DNA from: Candidatus Omnitrophota bacterium
GTDB lineage: Bacteria; Omnitrophota; Gorgyraeia; Duberdicusellales; 4484-171
Direction of reading: 5' to 3'
NCBI GenBank assembly: GCA_023134705.1
Contig: JAGLUN010000011.1
Coordinates: 1 to 56,430, forward strand
DNA length: 56,430 bases
Of the stretch, positions 54,988 through 56,430 are shown piece after piece. The position numbers were made by a program, and so were the translations under genes. The notes beneath the pieces were generated by a model. The model worked only from the letters and a program-made list of their open reading frames with translations. It was not told the origin of the DNA and did no database searches. Position 1 is the first letter of the stretch. The number at the start of each line of letters is the position of its first letter.

Positions 54988-55158
54988 TTAACTACACCCA
55001 CAAGTGCAACATGTACACCCGGAATCAAATTCCTTTTTTTCCGGTTCAGGAATGATTATCTTTTCCATAGTTGGTTTCACATATTTTTTCTCCTGGTTAA
55101 CATGTTCCTCCTGAATACCAGCATCTCTTCTTTCTTTATCTCTCTTATGCATATGCAT
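54988..55158 (-). CDS. Cys-rich precursor peptide (56 aa from ATG 55158)
   Basis: SD AGGAGGGG lies 5 nt before the ATG. Translation: MHMHKRDKERRDAGIQEEHVNQEKKYVKPTMEKIIIPEPEKKEFDSGCTCCTCGCS. It lies between an rSAM/SPASM gene and the kinase-like gene. Confidence 0.75.
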   Translation of the reverse strand: MHMHKRDKERRDAGIQEEHVNQEKKYVKPTMEKIIIPEPEKKEFDSGCTCCTCGCS

Positions 55159-55183
55159 ATTTACCCCTCCTACCAAGCCTTTT

Positions 55184-56230
55184 TCAGTTTCTTACCGGGC
55201 AGCCTTCATCTACTCCGTTAAGGCTGCCAGTATCCATATAAGCCTTAGCCCGACACCCGCCACGACAAAGCTCAAAAAATCTGCATTCTCTGCACCCAGG
55301 GTTATCAACAGATATTTGGCTGAACATCTCGTTAATACGCTGACGCACCACTCCCACAGATTGCCTTTTAACGTTACCCACTGGAGGCAAAGGATGAGTT
55401 AAGTAAGGAAAGAACGGGCACGGGTAAACATCACCATTAGGAAATAGACAAAATTTCCCTTTTTCAACGCACTTTTTTAAACGCTGAAAGGCTTCATGGA
55501 ATATTTCATAATAATTTTCCCACAACCAGGAATTTTTGCAAGCATAAAGGTAGTTCACAACAAGAGGAGAAAATCCAATCTCAGGAAACCTTTTTTCCTT
55601 TTGATTTTTTAAAATATTCACGAGTTTCTCCATCCCTTCTTCGAATTGTTTAAAAGAAAGGCGTAAATCATGCCTTCCATTCACGGGAAGGGTAATTGAA
55701 AAAACAACTTTTCTTATGCCTAAATTTTGAGCCATAATATGCATATCCCCTATTTGAAAAATATTGGCTGGAGTTAGCGTAATAACCATGGTGCAGGGAA
55801 TAGCATATTCCCGGATAAGTTTAACTTTCCATAATAAATTTTCAAAGTATCCTTTGCCTCTCATGTTATCCTGTACTTCACCGATACCTTCACAGGAAAC
55901 TTGAATAGCACTAACCCCGGCCTTTTTCAATAAGCTCAATTTTTCTCTGTCTAAAAGCAGTGCGTTAGTTAAAACATTTACTTTCTTGTTTAAAGAAGCA
56001 GCGTGCCTGGTAATTTCTATAACCTTCTCCAGCTCCAGTAAAGGTTCTCCACCTAAAAGCCTGATGATATCAATGTCGGTTAATTCATCAATTACACGAC
56101 AGAACTCTTCTCCAGATAACTTTTCCTCCGAAGAATACCCTGCGTTAGTCCTGAAACAGTGTGTGCATGATAAATTGCACTCTTGAGTTATATAAAAACT
56201 AACTAATTTTGTGTTAATTAACCGCCTCAT
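55184..56230 (-). CDS. Radical SAM/SPASM maturase (locus III, proximal)
   Basis: YITQECNLSCTHCF, LLGGEPL, and SPASM ...LFPNGDVYPC...GCRECRFFELCRGGCRAKAY. Confidence 0.85.
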   Translation of the reverse strand: MRRLINTKLVSFYITQECNLSCTHCFRTNAGYSSEEKLSGEEFCRVIDELTDIDIIRLLGGEPLLELEKVIEITRHAASLNKKVNVLTNALLLDREKLSLLKKAGVSAIQVSCEGIGEVQDNMRGKGYFENLLWKVKLIREYAIPCTMVITLTPANIFQIGDMHIMAQNLGIRKVVFSITLPVNGRHDLRLSFKQFEEGMEKLVNILKNQKEKRFPEIGFSPLVVNYLYACKNSWLWENYYEIFHEAFQRLKKCVEKGKFCLFPNGDVYPCPFFPYLTHPLPPVGNVKRQSVGVVRQRINEMFSQISVDNPGCRECRFFELCRGGCRAKAYMDTGSLNGVDEGCPVRN

Positions 56231-56430
56231 GATTACAAAAGCCTTTGTTTAAATTATAACATACTGTGCTTTATTATAAAATGTTCAGGTTCAATGGTGG
56301 AATTAAGGAAGATACGTTTATAAAAAAGATACCACCGAATGTCGAATTTGGAAAGGATTTTCTTTAAGGCTGTGACTATTACATAAATTCTGCGGGGGTA
56401 TTTTTGTTAACCGGAAAAATGCATTTGAAA

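Overview
AT-rich bacterial window (about one third G+C by eye), probably from an uncultivated anaerobe. Nearly all genes lie in tightly packed minus-strand operons, and I recognised no rRNA, tRNA, CRISPR array or transposase. All functional calls come from motifs read by eye; no database search was run.

(1) 1-11430: a glycan export and modification operon behind a long leader. It holds an FAD oxidoreductase, a Wzm-like permease, a Wzt-like ATPase with four C-terminal repeats, a B12-radical SAM enzyme carrying a fifth copy of that repeat, and a polypeptide of more than 1056 aa with three tandem radical SAM modules. That last gene runs off the window edge and is missing from the ORF track.

(2) Three separate loci share the trio HPr-kinase-like P-loop protein + PqqD-like protein + radical SAM/SPASM enzyme, each with a different small precursor-like ORF.
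- Locus I (14138-19738) also has a UbiU/UbiV-like U32 pair, methyltransferases, an S24/S26 peptidase and an unlisted 46-aa ORF.
- Locus II (26479-36932) has three tandem rSAM/SPASM paralogs, an ABC exporter and duplicated precursor cassettes. The cassettes share a near-identical leader and 3' flank around unrelated GC-rich cores.
- Locus III (52558-56230) has a C-terminal GCTCCTCGCS peptide.
- All four intact candidate precursors end in Ser, the residue phosphorylated by HPr-kinase-like RiPP kinases in lasso peptide clusters. I consider this family the best candidate for an undescribed RiPP system.

(3) A GT2 / GT-C (ArnT/PMT-like) / NTP_transf_5-like module occurs three times. Two copies are linked by a recent segmental duplication that left a truncated ABC gene.

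(4) Other structure:
- a duplicated ~300-nt promoter and leader element;
- pervasive 7- and 8-nt tandem-repeat arrays between genes, which also sit in frame inside genes;
- a truncated DGR-type reverse transcriptase plus an Avd-like four-helix-bundle gene;
- a MntA/HepT pair whose toxin has an in-frame TGA;
- three LolA-like paralogs with a C10 tract.
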